Assembly: GCA_034521815.1 (NCBI GenBank)
Contig: JAXHLW010000013.1
Coordinates: 736,001 to 800,000, forward strand
Direction: 5' to 3'
Length of the DNA: 64,000 nucleotides
From: Trueperaceae bacterium
Lineage (GTDB): Bacteria; Deinococcota; Deinococci; Deinococcales; Trueperaceae
This document shows positions 1 through 9,764 of this stretch, in pieces. The first letter of the stretch is position 1. Every line of letters starts with the position of its first letter. The notes under the pieces are model-generated. The model did no database searches, was not told the origin of the DNA, and saw only the letters and a list, made by a program, of their open reading frames with translations. The position numbers were made by a program, and so were the translations under genes.

Positions 1-2
1 CC

Positions 3-443
3 GCGCTTCACGCCGCCGGGGTGGCTGCCGACCGACTCGGGGACGTCGTGAGCCATGCGGACGGCGTCAGCGTGATCGTCGGCGACGATCTCGCCGCGTC
101 GTTCGGAGATCCGGTGCGCGTGCGCGGACGACCGACGGAGGTCGAGGCGGTTCCGCTGGGCCACGTCGCGAGGGGCTCGTCGAAGACCGTGAGCCTGGTG
201 GTGCCCTCGCTCCGCGCCGACGTGCTGGGCGCGAAGGCGTTCGGCGCCTCGCGGTCGTGGTTCGCCAAAGGCGTCGCCGGCGGCAAGGTTCGCGTCGACG
301 GCGAGACGGCGGGCAAGTCCGCCGTACTGGAGCCGGGCTCCGAGCTGTGGGCCGAAGGCTTGGGGCGCGCACGCCTGCTCGCCGTCGAGGGCGAGACGAA
401 GCGGGGCAACGTCAAGGTCCGGGTCGAGGTCGAGAAGCCGTGA
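3..443 (+). CDS. YlmH/Sll1252-like S4-domain RNA-binding protein (5' partial)
   Basis: Frame is open from the window edge. SLRAD...FGASRS, GKVRVDG and GLGRARL...GETKRG match the YlmH-type S4 C-terminus. Confidence 0.8.
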   Translation, partial: ALHAAGVAADRLGDVVSHADGVSVIVGDDLAASFGDPVRVRGRPTEVEAVPLGHVARGSSKTVSLVVPSLRADVLGAKAFGASRSWFAKGVAGGKVRVDGETAGKSAVLEPGSELWAEGLGRARLLAVEGETKRGNVKVRVEVEKP

Positions 444-458
444 CGACGTCCGACCCGT

Positions 459-1775
459 CTACAGCCGGACGCGCTTGCCGTCGCCGCTGCGGCTCTTGAA
501 GATCATGCGGAACGGCACCTCGGCGAAGCCGAGGTCTTCGCGGATCCGGTTCCGCAGGTACGACTCGTACGACCGCGTGATGAACGTCTCGGAGTTCACG
601 CTGAACACGAACGTCGGTGGCGCCACGTCGGCTTGCGTCGCGTAGAGCAGCTTGAGCGGCCGGCCCTTGAAGTTCGGTGGCGCCTGACGCTGCGTCCAGA
701 CCTCGATCCAGCCGTTCAGCTCGCCGGTCGCGACACGGCGGCGTGCGGTGTCGTGGACGCGCACCACGGTCGCGAGGAGCTCGTGCAGGCCGAACTCGGT
801 GAGGGCGCTGACGAACACCCGCGGCGCGAACGCGAGGTGAGAAAGCTCCTGGCGGATGTGCGCGCGGAACGCGACGAGCTGCTCGTCGCTGACCAGGTCC
901 CACTTGTTGATCGCCAGGACGACCGGCTTGCCCGCCTCCAGCGCGTAGTTCGCGATGCGCATCTCGTGATCGCCAAGCTCGAACGGGTCGACGACCAGGA
1001 TCGCGACCTCGGCACGCCGCATCGCGGTCTCGGCGCGAAGCTTGGAGTAGTACTCGACGTCCTCGGTGGGCTTGCGCCGGATCCCGGCCGTGTCCACCAG
1101 CACGAACGGTCGTCCTCCGAAGTCGAACCGGACGTCGATCGAATCGCGGGTGGTGCCGGCCACGTCCGAGACGATGACCCGCTCGTCGCCGATCAGGGCG
1201 TTGAGCAGCGACGACTTGCCGGCGTTCGGCCGGCCGACGATCGCGACCGTGATCGGCTCCTCGCCCGCGACGTCGTCGTCCTCGCCCAGCTGCGCCTCGA
1301 CCGCCGTCTCGAGCTCCGGCACGCCGCGGGCGTGCGCGGCCGAGGTCACGATCGGCTCGCCGAAGCCCAAGGCGTACGCCTCGAACAGCTCGGGACGCTC
1401 CTCGTGCCGCGGATCGTCGATCTTCGTCGCCACGAGCAGCACCGGACGCCCCTGCCGCCGCAGCCAGTCCGCGATCTCGTGGTCCGCTCCCGTCGGCGCC
1501 ACTCGGCCGTCGACGCAGAACAGCACCAGGTCGACCCCCACGAGGGCCGTCTCGATCCGGTCCCGGATCGGGGTTTCCCACTCGTCGCCCGACCACAGGC
1601 CGCCGGTGTCCAGCAAGGTGAAGGTTCGACCCGAGTCGGTCTCGACGACCCCCTCCTTGACGTCGCGCGTGATGCCGGGCTGATCGGCCACGATCGCCTC
1701 CCGGCGGCCGATCAGACGGTTGAACAGACTGGACTTGCCGACGTTCGGCCGTCCCACGATCGCGACGTTACGCAA
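459..1775 (-). CDS. der: Ribosome biogenesis GTPase Der (EngA)
   Basis: Two G domains (GRPNVGKS, GRPNAGKS), DTGG/DTAG, NKWD and a KH-like C-terminus with PPTF. Confidence 0.98.
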   Translation of the reverse strand: MRNVAIVGRPNVGKSSLFNRLIGRREAIVADQPGITRDVKEGVVETDSGRTFTLLDTGGLWSGDEWETPIRDRIETALVGVDLVLFCVDGRVAPTGADHEIADWLRRQGRPVLLVATKIDDPRHEERPELFEAYALGFGEPIVTSAAHARGVPELETAVEAQLGEDDDVAGEEPITVAIVGRPNAGKSSLLNALIGDERVIVSDVAGTTRDSIDVRFDFGGRPFVLVDTAGIRRKPTEDVEYYSKLRAETAMRRAEVAILVVDPFELGDHEMRIANYALEAGKPVVLAINKWDLVSDEQLVAFRAHIRQELSHLAFAPRVFVSALTEFGLHELLATVVRVHDTARRRVATGELNGWIEVWTQRQAPPNFKGRPLKLLYATQADVAPPTFVFSVNSETFITRSYESYLRNRIREDLGFAEVPFRMIFKSRSGDGKRVRL

Positions 1776-2712
1776 GACGCTCGCCCTCCTCCAGGTGCGC
1801 TCCTCGCGCCCAATCGGCGGCCGGCATCGACGCTCGGCCCGCCGGCGTGACGGTGCGCAGCCGCACGGCGCCGGCGCCGCACGCGACCGCGACGCCGTCC
1901 GCGTCCACGCTCAGAACGTCCCCCGCGCTGGCCTGCCGTCCCTCGGAGGCGGCCAGCTCCATCAGATCGACACGGACCTGCCGATCGTGGTGACGAAAGC
2001 GCGTGCCGGGCCAGGCACGCACGCCGCGCCAACGGTTGACGACGTCGGCCGCATCGTCCTGCCAACGCACGTCGCCGTCGTCCTTCGTGAGCAGCGGCGC
2101 GTACGTGGCGTTCGCGTCGTCCTGCGGCGTGCGCGGGAGACGGCCCTCGGCCAGCATCGAAAGCGCCTCCGAGATCGCTCGCGCCGCGAGGCGGGACAGC
2201 CTCTCCGAGAGCTCGGGCGCCGTCTCGGACGGCTCGATGGCGGTCCGGAGCACGTGCCGCACCGGGCCGGTATCCATGCCCGCTTCGGTCTCCATCACGG
2301 TGATGCCGGTCTCGTGGTGACCGAGGATCAGCGCCCACTGGATCGGCGCGGCGCCGCGCAGCTGCGGGAGAAGACTGGCGTGCGCGTTCAGGAACCCGTG
2401 GCCTGGAATCGACAGCAGCGACGCCGGCAAGATCTGTCCGTAGGCGGCCGTGACCGCGACGTCCGGACGGGCGGCCCTGAGCCGGTCCGCGAACTCGCCG
2501 TCGCGCCGGACGCGGGCGGGCTGGTCCAGCGGAAGACCCGCCAGACGCGCCTCGGACGCGACCGGCGGTACGCGGACACGCATCCCGCGACCCGCCGGGG
2601 CGTCCGGCTGCGTGACGACCAGGACCACCTCGTGCTCGGCCTGCAGGCGCTGGAGCACCGGAACCGCGAAGGCGGGAGAGCCGAAGAACGCGACACGCAG
2701 CGGCTGGCTCAC
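1768..2712 (-). CDS. fmt: Methionyl-tRNA formyltransferase
   Basis: FFGSPAFA, VTQPD, NAHASLLPQLRGAAPIQWA and MDTG motifs. GTG start overlaps the def stop (GTGA). Confidence 0.96.
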   Translation of the reverse strand: MSQPLRVAFFGSPAFAVPVLQRLQAEHEVVLVVTQPDAPAGRGMRVRVPPVASEARLAGLPLDQPARVRRDGEFADRLRAARPDVAVTAAYGQILPASLLSIPGHGFLNAHASLLPQLRGAAPIQWALILGHHETGITVMETEAGMDTGPVRHVLRTAIEPSETAPELSERLSRLAARAISEALSMLAEGRLPRTPQDDANATYAPLLTKDDGDVRWQDDAADVVNRWRGVRAWPGTRFRHHDRQVRVDLMELAASEGRQASAGDVLSVDADGVAVACGAGAVRLRTVTPAGRASMPAADWARGAHLEEGERLA

Positions 2713-3416
2713 CGCCGAGCCGTATCCGCCGGGGCGCGGTCGGGGGCGCGCAGCTCTCGGAGGAACGCCTTGGCGCGACGCTGGAGCTCGGCGAGCTCGG
2801 TCCGGTGGTCCTCGAGGAACGCCCGCCGCGTGTCGGCCGGGAGCCGATCGAAGTAGAAGATCCCGTCGAGGTGGTCGAGCTCGTGTTGCACGACGTGCGC
2901 GAAGTGCCCCGAGACGTCCCGCTCGTGCCAGGCACCGGCGAGGTCCTGGAAACGAACGCGAACCGCGGCGTCGCGCTCCATCTCCTCGACCCACACGCCG
3001 GGAACGCTGAGGCAGCCGTCGGGAGCGATCTGCACGCCGCGCCGCTCCACGATCGCCGGGTTCACCATGACGTGCAGCGCCAGAACCTCCGGACCGTCGT
3101 CGTCCGAATCGTCGTCAGCGTCGGCGTCGTCGTCGGCGTCGTCGTCGGCGTCGCGTTCGCCACCAACGATTTCGTCCCCGGCGGATTCGTCCCCGGCCAA
3201 GCGGCTCTCGCCTGGGGAGGGCGGCGCCAGCTCGGCCGCGACGAAGATCCGCTTCGAGACGCCGATCTGCGGACCGGCCAGGCCGACACCGTTCGCGTCG
3301 TGCATGGTCTCGATCATCTCGTCGGCCAGGCGTGCGAGGTCGTCGTCGAAGCGATCGACGGGAGCGGCGCTTCGACGCAGCACCGGATCGCCGTACAAGC
3401 GGATGGGATGGATCAC
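2709..3416 (-). CDS. def: Peptide deformylase with acidic insertion
   Basis: GVGLAGPQIG, DGCLSVP and QHELDHLDG motifs. GGAGG SD precedes GTG 3416. Confidence 0.96.
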   Translation of the reverse strand: MIHPIRLYGDPVLRRSAAPVDRFDDDLARLADEMIETMHDANGVGLAGPQIGVSKRIFVAAELAPPSPGESRLAGDESAGDEIVGGERDADDDADDDADADDDSDDDGPEVLALHVMVNPAIVERRGVQIAPDGCLSVPGVWVEEMERDAAVRVRFQDLAGAWHERDVSGHFAHVVQHELDHLDGIFYFDRLPADTRRAFLEDHRTELAELQRRAKAFLRELRAPDRAPADTARR

Positions 3417-3440
3417 GTCAGGTCCTCCAGCGCGCACGTG

Positions 3441-4376
3441 CTACCGGGCACCGTCCTCGACCTCGCTCTGGGCCGATACGATTCGGACGGTGACCACGAC
3501 GTCGTCCTCGCGCGAGACGTCTGCGGGCAGCTCGAGCCGCGCCGGAAGATCATAGCGCCCCGGTGGAAGAGAGGAAGTCGCGTCGGGGACGGATCCTTGG
3601 ACCACGGGCAGATCGGCCAGAACGCTCGCGGGGCCCAGCAGGCCGATCTGGGTCGGCGTCACGGCCTCGATGGTCACCGAGGAGCCGCCCGTCGACGCGA
3701 TGGCGACCGGACGAACGACCCGAACGCGGCGAGGCTCGGCGTCGAACGCCACGCGCGCGGCCCCTGGAACCACGCGGGCCTCGGGCACGGGACGCCCCTG
3801 AGCGTCCACCGCCACGAGCTCCGCGAGCACCGACGATCCGTCGCCGGGACGGGCCGGGGCGAGAACCGAGGCGACCTGACCGAGGATCGGATCGCGCGCC
3901 TCGACCACGGCGGTCGGAGGGTCGATGCGCACCGAGGTCGCGACGCGCTCGCCTCCCAGCGGCGCGATCAACGGCACGATCTCGAAGGTGGCGCTCCTGA
4001 CGGCCTCGACCCGACCGAGCACCTCGGCCGGAACGACCCGGATCAGGCGCAGAGCGTTGGGAACGCGCGCCTCGACGTCGCGTGCGAACTCGCCGCCGAC
4101 GCCGGTCAGATCGATCGAGGCGTCGACGTCGTCGGCCCGCAGCCGGTCCATCCGATCGGCCGGACCGCTGATCACGACCTCGACGCGCGGCGGAACGCCG
4201 ACGGGTACCTCGTCCGCCTGCGCGCCGACGACCTCGAGGGGAACGAGCAGGCTGCGCTGCGCCGTCGTCCCGGCATCGCTGGACGCCACCCACCACAGCA
4301 CCAGGGCCGCGGCGACGGCACCGACCTTGCCCGGCCAGTTCCGGCGTAGCGATCTCCAAGCCAGCGCCCACCGCAC
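3441..4376 (-). CDS. cdaR: CdaR (YbbR-like) regulator of diadenylate cyclase
   Basis: N-terminal TM (RNWPGKVGAVAAALVLWWV) and YbbR-like VEVVISGP/ASIDL repeats, directly downstream of cdaA. Confidence 0.85.
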   Translation of the reverse strand: MRWALAWRSLRRNWPGKVGAVAAALVLWWVASSDAGTTAQRSLLVPLEVVGAQADEVPVGVPPRVEVVISGPADRMDRLRADDVDASIDLTGVGGEFARDVEARVPNALRLIRVVPAEVLGRVEAVRSATFEIVPLIAPLGGERVATSVRIDPPTAVVEARDPILGQVASVLAPARPGDGSSVLAELVAVDAQGRPVPEARVVPGAARVAFDAEPRRVRVVRPVAIASTGGSSVTIEAVTPTQIGLLGPASVLADLPVVQGSVPDATSSLPPGRYDLPARLELPADVSREDDVVVTVRIVSAQSEVEDGAR

Positions 4377-4384
4377 GCCCGGCC

Positions 4385-5134
4385 TCACGTGGTGGGCTCC
4401 ACGTACGCCTCCCGCAGGGCCTTGACCAGGTCGGAGGGCGCGACGTCGGTCGACAGTCGTCCCTCGCGCGCCAAGGAGACCGTGCCTCGTTCCTCGCTGA
4501 CGACCACGACCAGCGCGTCGCTGGTCTCGGCCAGTCCCAGGGCCGCACGGTGGCGCGTGCCCAGCTCCGACGCCCAGCCCTCCTGCTGCTCCGAAAGCGG
4601 GAAGATCGCGCCCGCCCAGGTGATCTGGTCGCCGCGGACGATCACGCCCCCGTCGTGCAACGGCCCGCGCGAGTCGAACAGCGTCTCGAGCAGCTCGGAC
4701 CGGACCGGCGTGTCGAGAAGCGTTCCCTGCTGGCCGAAGTCGCCCAGCGGCGTGCCCCGCTCGATCGCGATCAGCGCTCCGACCCGCCGGGCGGCCAGCT
4801 CGCGCACCGCGGACATGATCTCCTTGACGGGATCGCCCGTGACCGCGCGTTGGGTACGGCCCCTGCCGACCCGCTCGAGCGCCGCCCTGAGCTCCGGCTG
4901 GAACACGATCACCAAGGCCAGGATCCCGACCGGCGCGAGGCTCTCGAACACCCACTTCGTGCCGCGCAGGCCGACCGCGCTGGCGAAGACCCACAGCACC
5001 GCCAACGCCGCGAGACCGCGCAGGACGTTCCATGCGCGCGAGCCGAGCAGCAGCAGGTAGCCCTGGTAGAGGAGGACCGCGAGAACCGCGACGTCCACGG
5101 CGTCCAGAAGGCCGAAGCGGTCCAGGATCGTCAC
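4385..5134 (-). CDS. cdaA: Diadenylate cyclase CdaA/DacA
   Basis: Three N-terminal TMs, IVFQPELR, GALIAIER, PLHDGG, LGTRHRAALG and VVSEERG. Confidence 0.96.
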   Translation of the reverse strand: MTILDRFGLLDAVDVAVLAVLLYQGYLLLLGSRAWNVLRGLAALAVLWVFASAVGLRGTKWVFESLAPVGILALVIVFQPELRAALERVGRGRTQRAVTGDPVKEIMSAVRELAARRVGALIAIERGTPLGDFGQQGTLLDTPVRSELLETLFDSRGPLHDGGVIVRGDQITWAGAIFPLSEQQEGWASELGTRHRAALGLAETSDALVVVVSEERGTVSLAREGRLSTDVAPSDLVKALREAYVEPTT

Positions 5135-5298
5135 GCAGCCTCCCTCGCTGGCGTATGGGAAATCGGAGTCGTCCACGGGTTCGACGGATCTGGGCCCGAC
5201 GGATCCGGACCCGGACGGTAGGATACCATTGCGCACCGACACCACCGCGCCCGACGGGCGCGCGCTCGCGGGCCCACCGTCCGCCTGGGAGGAACAGC

Positions 5299-6394
5299 GT
5301 GGAAGAACTGAAAGAACGCCTCTTGCACCTCCGGGGGTATCTTTGACCTGGCCGGCAAGCAGTCCCGGCTCCAGGCCCTCGAACCGCAGCTGAACGACCC
5401 GACGCTCTGGAACGATCCCGAGCGTGCTCGGGACGTGACGCAGGAAGACGCGCGGCTGCGCCGCGTGGTGGATGCGTATCGCCGAATCGAGGACGACGTC
5501 GAGGGCCTCGTCGAGCTGGCCGAGCTGGCCGGCGTGGACGACGCGGACGAGCTGGCCGAGGAGCGCAGCCGCGTCGAAGCCGAGCTCGAGACGCTCTATC
5601 GCGAGACCCTGTTCCAAGGCCCGCACGACGAGCGACCGGCGATCGTGACGATCAAGCCGGGCGCTGGGGGCACGGAGTCGTCGGACTGGGCAGGCATGCT
5701 GCTCCGGATGTACCGCCGCTTCGCCGAGCGCTCGGGCTTCCGTGTCGAGCTGCTCGACGCGGTCGGCAACGACGCCGCCCCTCAGGGCGTGGACTACGCG
5801 CAGATGATCGTCCGTGGCGAGCGTGCCTACGGGATGCTGTCGGTCGAGAACGGCGTGCACCGGCTGGTCCGCGTCAGTCCGTTCGACGCCCAGGGGCGAC
5901 GCCACACCAGCTTCGCGTCGGTCGAGGTCATGCCCGAGATCGACGACAAGATCGAGCTGGCCATCGACCCGAACGACGTTCGCGTCGACGTGTACCGCTC
6001 GTCCGGTCCCGGGGGGCAGTCCGTGAACACGACCGATTCCGCGGTGCGCGTGGTGTACAAGGCGGGCACGCCCGAGGAGGTCGTCGTGACCTGCCAGGAC
6101 GGCAAGTCCCAGATCAAGAACCGCGAGAAGGCGATGACGGTGCTCCGTAGCCGACTGTTCGAGCGCGAGGAGCGCCGCCGCCGCGAGGAGCAGATGAAGG
6201 CCCGCGGCGAACAGAAGGCGATCGAGTGGGGCTCGCAGATCCGCAGCTACGTGCTGGACAAGCAGTACGTGAAGGACCACCGGACCGCCGCCATGAGCCA
6301 CGACCCCGACGCGGTCCTCGACGGGGACATCGACGCCCTTCTCTGGTCGGGGTTGGAGTGGCAAGCCTCCGAAGCCATCGAGGCGGCCGACTGA
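5299..6394 (+). CDS. prfB: Peptide chain release factor 2, programmed +1 frameshift at CTT TGA C
   Basis: GGAGG SD, GTG 5299, then GGGGGTAT CTT TGA C (5341-5347). The +1 frame carries SPF and GGQ. Confidence 0.97.
5333..5347 (+). promoter_or_regulatory. RF2 autoregulatory frameshift site
   Basis: GGGGGTATCTTTGAC: internal SD-like G run followed by the slippery CTT-TGA-C. Confidence 0.95.
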
Positions 6395-6428
6395 CCGTGC
6401 GCCGGACGCCGATGGACGTGCCGCGACG

Positions 6429-7055
6429 GTGAAGATCCTCGCGATCGCCGACACCGTCTCGCCGTTCGTCTACTCCGAGAACTTCCCGGGGAACCTGCCG
6501 CCCATCGACGTGATCCTGTCGGCCGGCGACATGCCGGGCCACGTGCTCGAGTTCATCGCCACGAAGACGACGGTGCGGCCGGTGTACGTGCTGGGCAACC
6601 ACGGCAACGGCTACCTTCAGCACGCCGACGGCGACGTCCCGACCCTGCCGGGCGGATGCACGAACGCGCACGGCCGCGTGCTGGAGCGGGCCGGGCTTCG
6701 GATCGCCGGAATCGAGGGAAGCGCTCGCTACCGGCCCGGCCCGCACCAGTACTCCGAGGCCGAGATGGAGCGGTTCGCGCTGCGGCTCGGGCCACGCCTC
6801 GCCTGGCATCGCTGGCGCGAGGGGCGCGCGCTGGACGTGCTGCTGACCCACGCGCCGCCCAAGGGTCCGCACGAGGGCGAGGACCACCCCCACCGCGGCG
6901 TCGCCGCGTTCAACCGGATCCATCGTTGGTGGCGTCCGAAGCTCCACGTTCACGGGCACGTCCACCTCAGCGGCGCGAACGCTCCGCGCGAGTACGTGAC
7001 GGACGAGGGCGTGCGCGTCGTGAACGCGTTCGGCTTCGCCCTGATCGACCTGTGA
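6429..7055 (+). CDS. Calcineurin-like metallophosphoesterase
   Basis: AIAD, AGD, GNH, THAPP and HGHVH motifs. Confidence 0.9.
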   Translation: MKILAIADTVSPFVYSENFPGNLPPIDVILSAGDMPGHVLEFIATKTTVRPVYVLGNHGNGYLQHADGDVPTLPGGCTNAHGRVLERAGLRIAGIEGSARYRPGPHQYSEAEMERFALRLGPRLAWHRWREGRALDVLLTHAPPKGPHEGEDHPHRGVAAFNRIHRWWRPKLHVHGHVHLSGANAPREYVTDEGVRVVNAFGFALIDL

Positions 7056-7127
7056 GGCTCGCTGCGCGGCGACGGTCGCGCCACGGCGCGACGATGCGGG
7101 CGACCGCGGCGCGATAGCCTCGGCGCG

Positions 7128-8141
7128 ATGGAGATCCTGCCCCTGCCCGACCCCTCCGCGCCCGACCCCGCCGCCTGGACCGCGCTCGAAGCCGGCGCGA
7201 TCGTCGTCGAGCTTCCCTCGGTCGGCTCGCTGCGGATCACGGGAGACGACCGGATCGCGTTCCTTCACGGCCAGCTCGCCCACGACGTGCGGTCGCTGCC
7301 CGTCGGCGGCGCGCTGCGCACCCTGCAGCTGAACGTCAAGGGACATGCGCTGGCCGAGATGACGCTCCACCGCCGCGAGCAGGACGTGCACCTCGCCGTC
7401 GAGGACGGCGCGGCGGCCGAGGTGGCGCGCCGTCTGCACGACCACGTGGTGTTCGACCAGGTGACGATCGAGGATCTAGGCGGCGTTCTGAGGACGGTGA
7501 CGTTGCAGGGTCCATCCGCCCTCGCCGTCGTCCAGCGCGCGTTCGACGTGGCGCCTCCAGCGAGCGGGTTCGCCCCGGTGGCGTTCGACGACGCCACGCT
7601 GCTGGTCGTCCGGTCGCGCCGGAGCGTGCCGGGCGGCGTCGACGTGCACGTTCTGGCGCGGCAGGCGGACGCCGTCGTGCGCCGGCTCGTGGACGCCGGT
7701 GCCGCCATCGGCGACGTCGCCTCGCTCGAGGCGTCCCGCGTCGAGGCGGGCGTTCCCCGCGCCGGACGCGAGGCGGGCCCCGGCGTGCTGCCGCAGGAGG
7801 CCGGGCTGCACGATGCGATCAGCACGCGCAAAGGCTGTTACCTGGGGCAGGAGACCATGGCGCGGATCGAGGCGAGGGCGCAGGTGCGTCGCGGCCTGGC
7901 TCGCCTCACGCTGGGCGAGGAGCGGGCCGACCTCGCGGCCGACCTCGAGCACGATCGCGCGCAGCGCGGCGACGCCGCGGCGAGCGACGTGCGCGCTGGC
8001 GACCGGGTCGTCGGCCGCCTGGGCACGCTGGTCCGCCATCCCCGCCTGGGGCTCGTGGCGCTCGCCGTCGTCCGGTCCGGTCTGGAGCCGGACGCGACGC
8101 TCGTGGCGGCCGGGCGCCCCGCTGCTATCGTGCGTCCATGA
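7128..8141 (+). CDS. ygfZ: YgfZ/GcvT-family folate-binding protein
   Basis: [13 protein letters not shown] and the KGCYLGQE signature. Confidence 0.92.
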   Translation: MEILPLPDPSAPDPAAWTALEAGAIVVELPSVGSLRITGDDRIAFLHGQLAHDVRSLPVGGALRTLQLNVKGHALAEMTLHRREQDVHLAVEDGAAAEVARRLHDHVVFDQVTIEDLGGVLRTVTLQGPSALAVVQRAFDVAPPASGFAPVAFDDATLLVVRSRRSVPGGVDVHVLARQADAVVRRLVDAGAAIGDVASLEASRVEAGVPRAGREAGPGVLPQEAGLHDAISTRKGCYLGQETMARIEARAQVRRGLARLTLGEERADLAADLEHDRAQRGDAAASDVRAGDRVVGRLGTLVRHPRLGLVALAVVRSGLEPDATLVAAGRPAAIVRP

Positions 8142-8593
8142 CGCCCTCACGGCCCAGCGCGGAGACGGCGACCCTGCCGGCGACCCTGCCGATCCGCGTG
8201 CTGGTCGCCAAACCGGGTCTGGACGGTCACGATCGCGGCGCGAAGGTGATCGCGCGAGCGCTTCGCGACGCCGGGATGGAGGTCGTCTATACCGGCCTTC
8301 GCCAGACGGCCGAGATGATCGTGGCCGCGGCGCTGCAGGAGGACGTGGACGCGATCGGCTTGTCGGTGCTGTCAGGGGCCCACATGCACTACTTCCGCGA
8401 GGTGCACGAGCGACTCTCGGCCCAGGATGCCGAGGATGTCCTGCTGTTCGGCGGCGGCATCGTTCCCAGCACGGACGCAGAGGAGCTTCGCCGGCTGGGC
8501 GTCGGACGGATCTTCACGCCCGGATCGGCCACGACCGACGTCGTCTCCTACCTCAGGGAGGAGATCGCCCGCCGACGGACGACAGCGTCCTGA
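8138..8593 (+). CDS. Methylmalonyl-CoA mutase-type cobalamin-binding small subunit
   Basis: [26 protein letters not shown] and FTPG. Confidence 0.93.
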   Translation: MTPSRPSAETATLPATLPIRVLVAKPGLDGHDRGAKVIARALRDAGMEVVYTGLRQTAEMIVAAALQEDVDAIGLSVLSGAHMHYFREVHERLSAQDAEDVLLFGGGIVPSTDAEELRRLGVGRIFTPGSATTDVVSYLREEIARRRTTAS

Positions 8594-8696
8594 GGGACGG
8601 CGAGATCGCAGCGAGGTCCCAGCGCGGTCGCGCTACCAGCCGGCCGCTCACGAAAATCTCACGCACGCAGCGATCGATACGTGTACGCTCGCACGA

Positions 8697-9713
8697 GTGT
8701 CGTACTACCGTCCTGCACCCCTTCTGATCAGCGCACGCATCATCGTCCTCGCCGCGTCCCTCGGGTTCGCGGCGTTCGTTCATGCCGACGGCTATGCGCT
8801 GCGCACGGTCCGACCGGGCGACACGCTCGGAGGCGTGGCCTCGCTCTACGGCCTTCCCGTCGAAGCGCTTCAGGAGGCGAACGACCTGAACGGCATCCTC
8901 GTCCATCCGGGCGACGTGCTTCGCATCCCGCTCGGGGAAGCCACCGGTGGTCTTGCCGATCCCGCGCCCGAGCCGCCCCCGGGCTTCGGCCGGCACGTCT
9001 TGGCGCCCGGCGAAACGCTGAGCGAGATCACCTCCGCGTACGGCATCGACCTGCAAGCGCTGGTCGGTGCGAACCCGGACCTCAGCTCGCTCGACAGGCT
9101 CCCGGTGGGCGTGGAGCTGCTGATCCCGCCGGGCCCCGGACTGCTCGTCACCTGGGAGCCGGGCCTGGATCTCGCCGAGCTGCTCCGTGAGCACGGCGCC
9201 GACCCGGTGTCGGTGCTGCGCACGAACGCGATCCACGCTCCCAGCGACCTGCGGCCCGGCATGCTGCTGTGGCTCCCCGGCGTCGAGCCGTCCCGTGCGC
9301 TCGAGCGTCTAGCGAAGGTCCGCGAGCTCGAGAACCGCTACGTCTGGCCGGTCCACGGCCGCATCACCAGCTACTACGGACGCCGCAATCTGGGACTCGG
9401 AACGTCGAGCTTCCACCGCGGACTGGACGTCGCGGCACCGACCGGAACGACCATCGTCGCGTCTCGGAGCGGCACCGTGTCGTTCGCCGGCTGGTCGGGG
9501 AGCTACGGCTACCTGGTCCGCATCCGCCATTCCGGCGGCGACGAGACCTGGTACGCGCACCAGAGCAGCATCCTGGTCTCGGTCGGACAGTGGGTCGAGC
9601 AGAACCAGCCGATCGGTCGCGTCGGGTCCACGGGGCTCTCCACGGGCCCGCACATCCACTTCGAGATCCGCCGTCGCGGAACGTCGCTCGATCCGCTGGG
9701 CGAGCTGAACTGA
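8697..9713 (+). CDS. LysM-repeat M23 peptidase
   Basis: Signal peptide, LysM repeats (VRPGDTL, LAPGETL) and M23 motifs HRGLD and GPHIHFE. TACGCT lies 7 nt before the GTG. Confidence 0.92.
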   Translation: MSYYRPAPLLISARIIVLAASLGFAAFVHADGYALRTVRPGDTLGGVASLYGLPVEALQEANDLNGILVHPGDVLRIPLGEATGGLADPAPEPPPGFGRHVLAPGETLSEITSAYGIDLQALVGANPDLSSLDRLPVGVELLIPPGPGLLVTWEPGLDLAELLREHGADPVSVLRTNAIHAPSDLRPGMLLWLPGVEPSRALERLAKVRELENRYVWPVHGRITSYYGRRNLGLGTSSFHRGLDVAAPTGTTIVASRSGTVSFAGWSGSYGYLVRIRHSGGDETWYAHQSSILVSVGQWVEQNQPIGRVGSTGLSTGPHIHFEIRRRGTSLDPLGELN

Positions 9714-9752
9714 GCCGGAAGCCGACCTGAGCCGGAACGCGATCTGAACCGG
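9710..9752. repeat. 17-bp degenerate tandem repeat, about 2.5 copies
   Basis: CTGAGCCGGAAGCCGAC / CTGAGCCGGAACGCGAT / CTGAACCGG. Confidence 0.7.
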
Positions 9753-9764
9753 GGGCGGGCGGCC

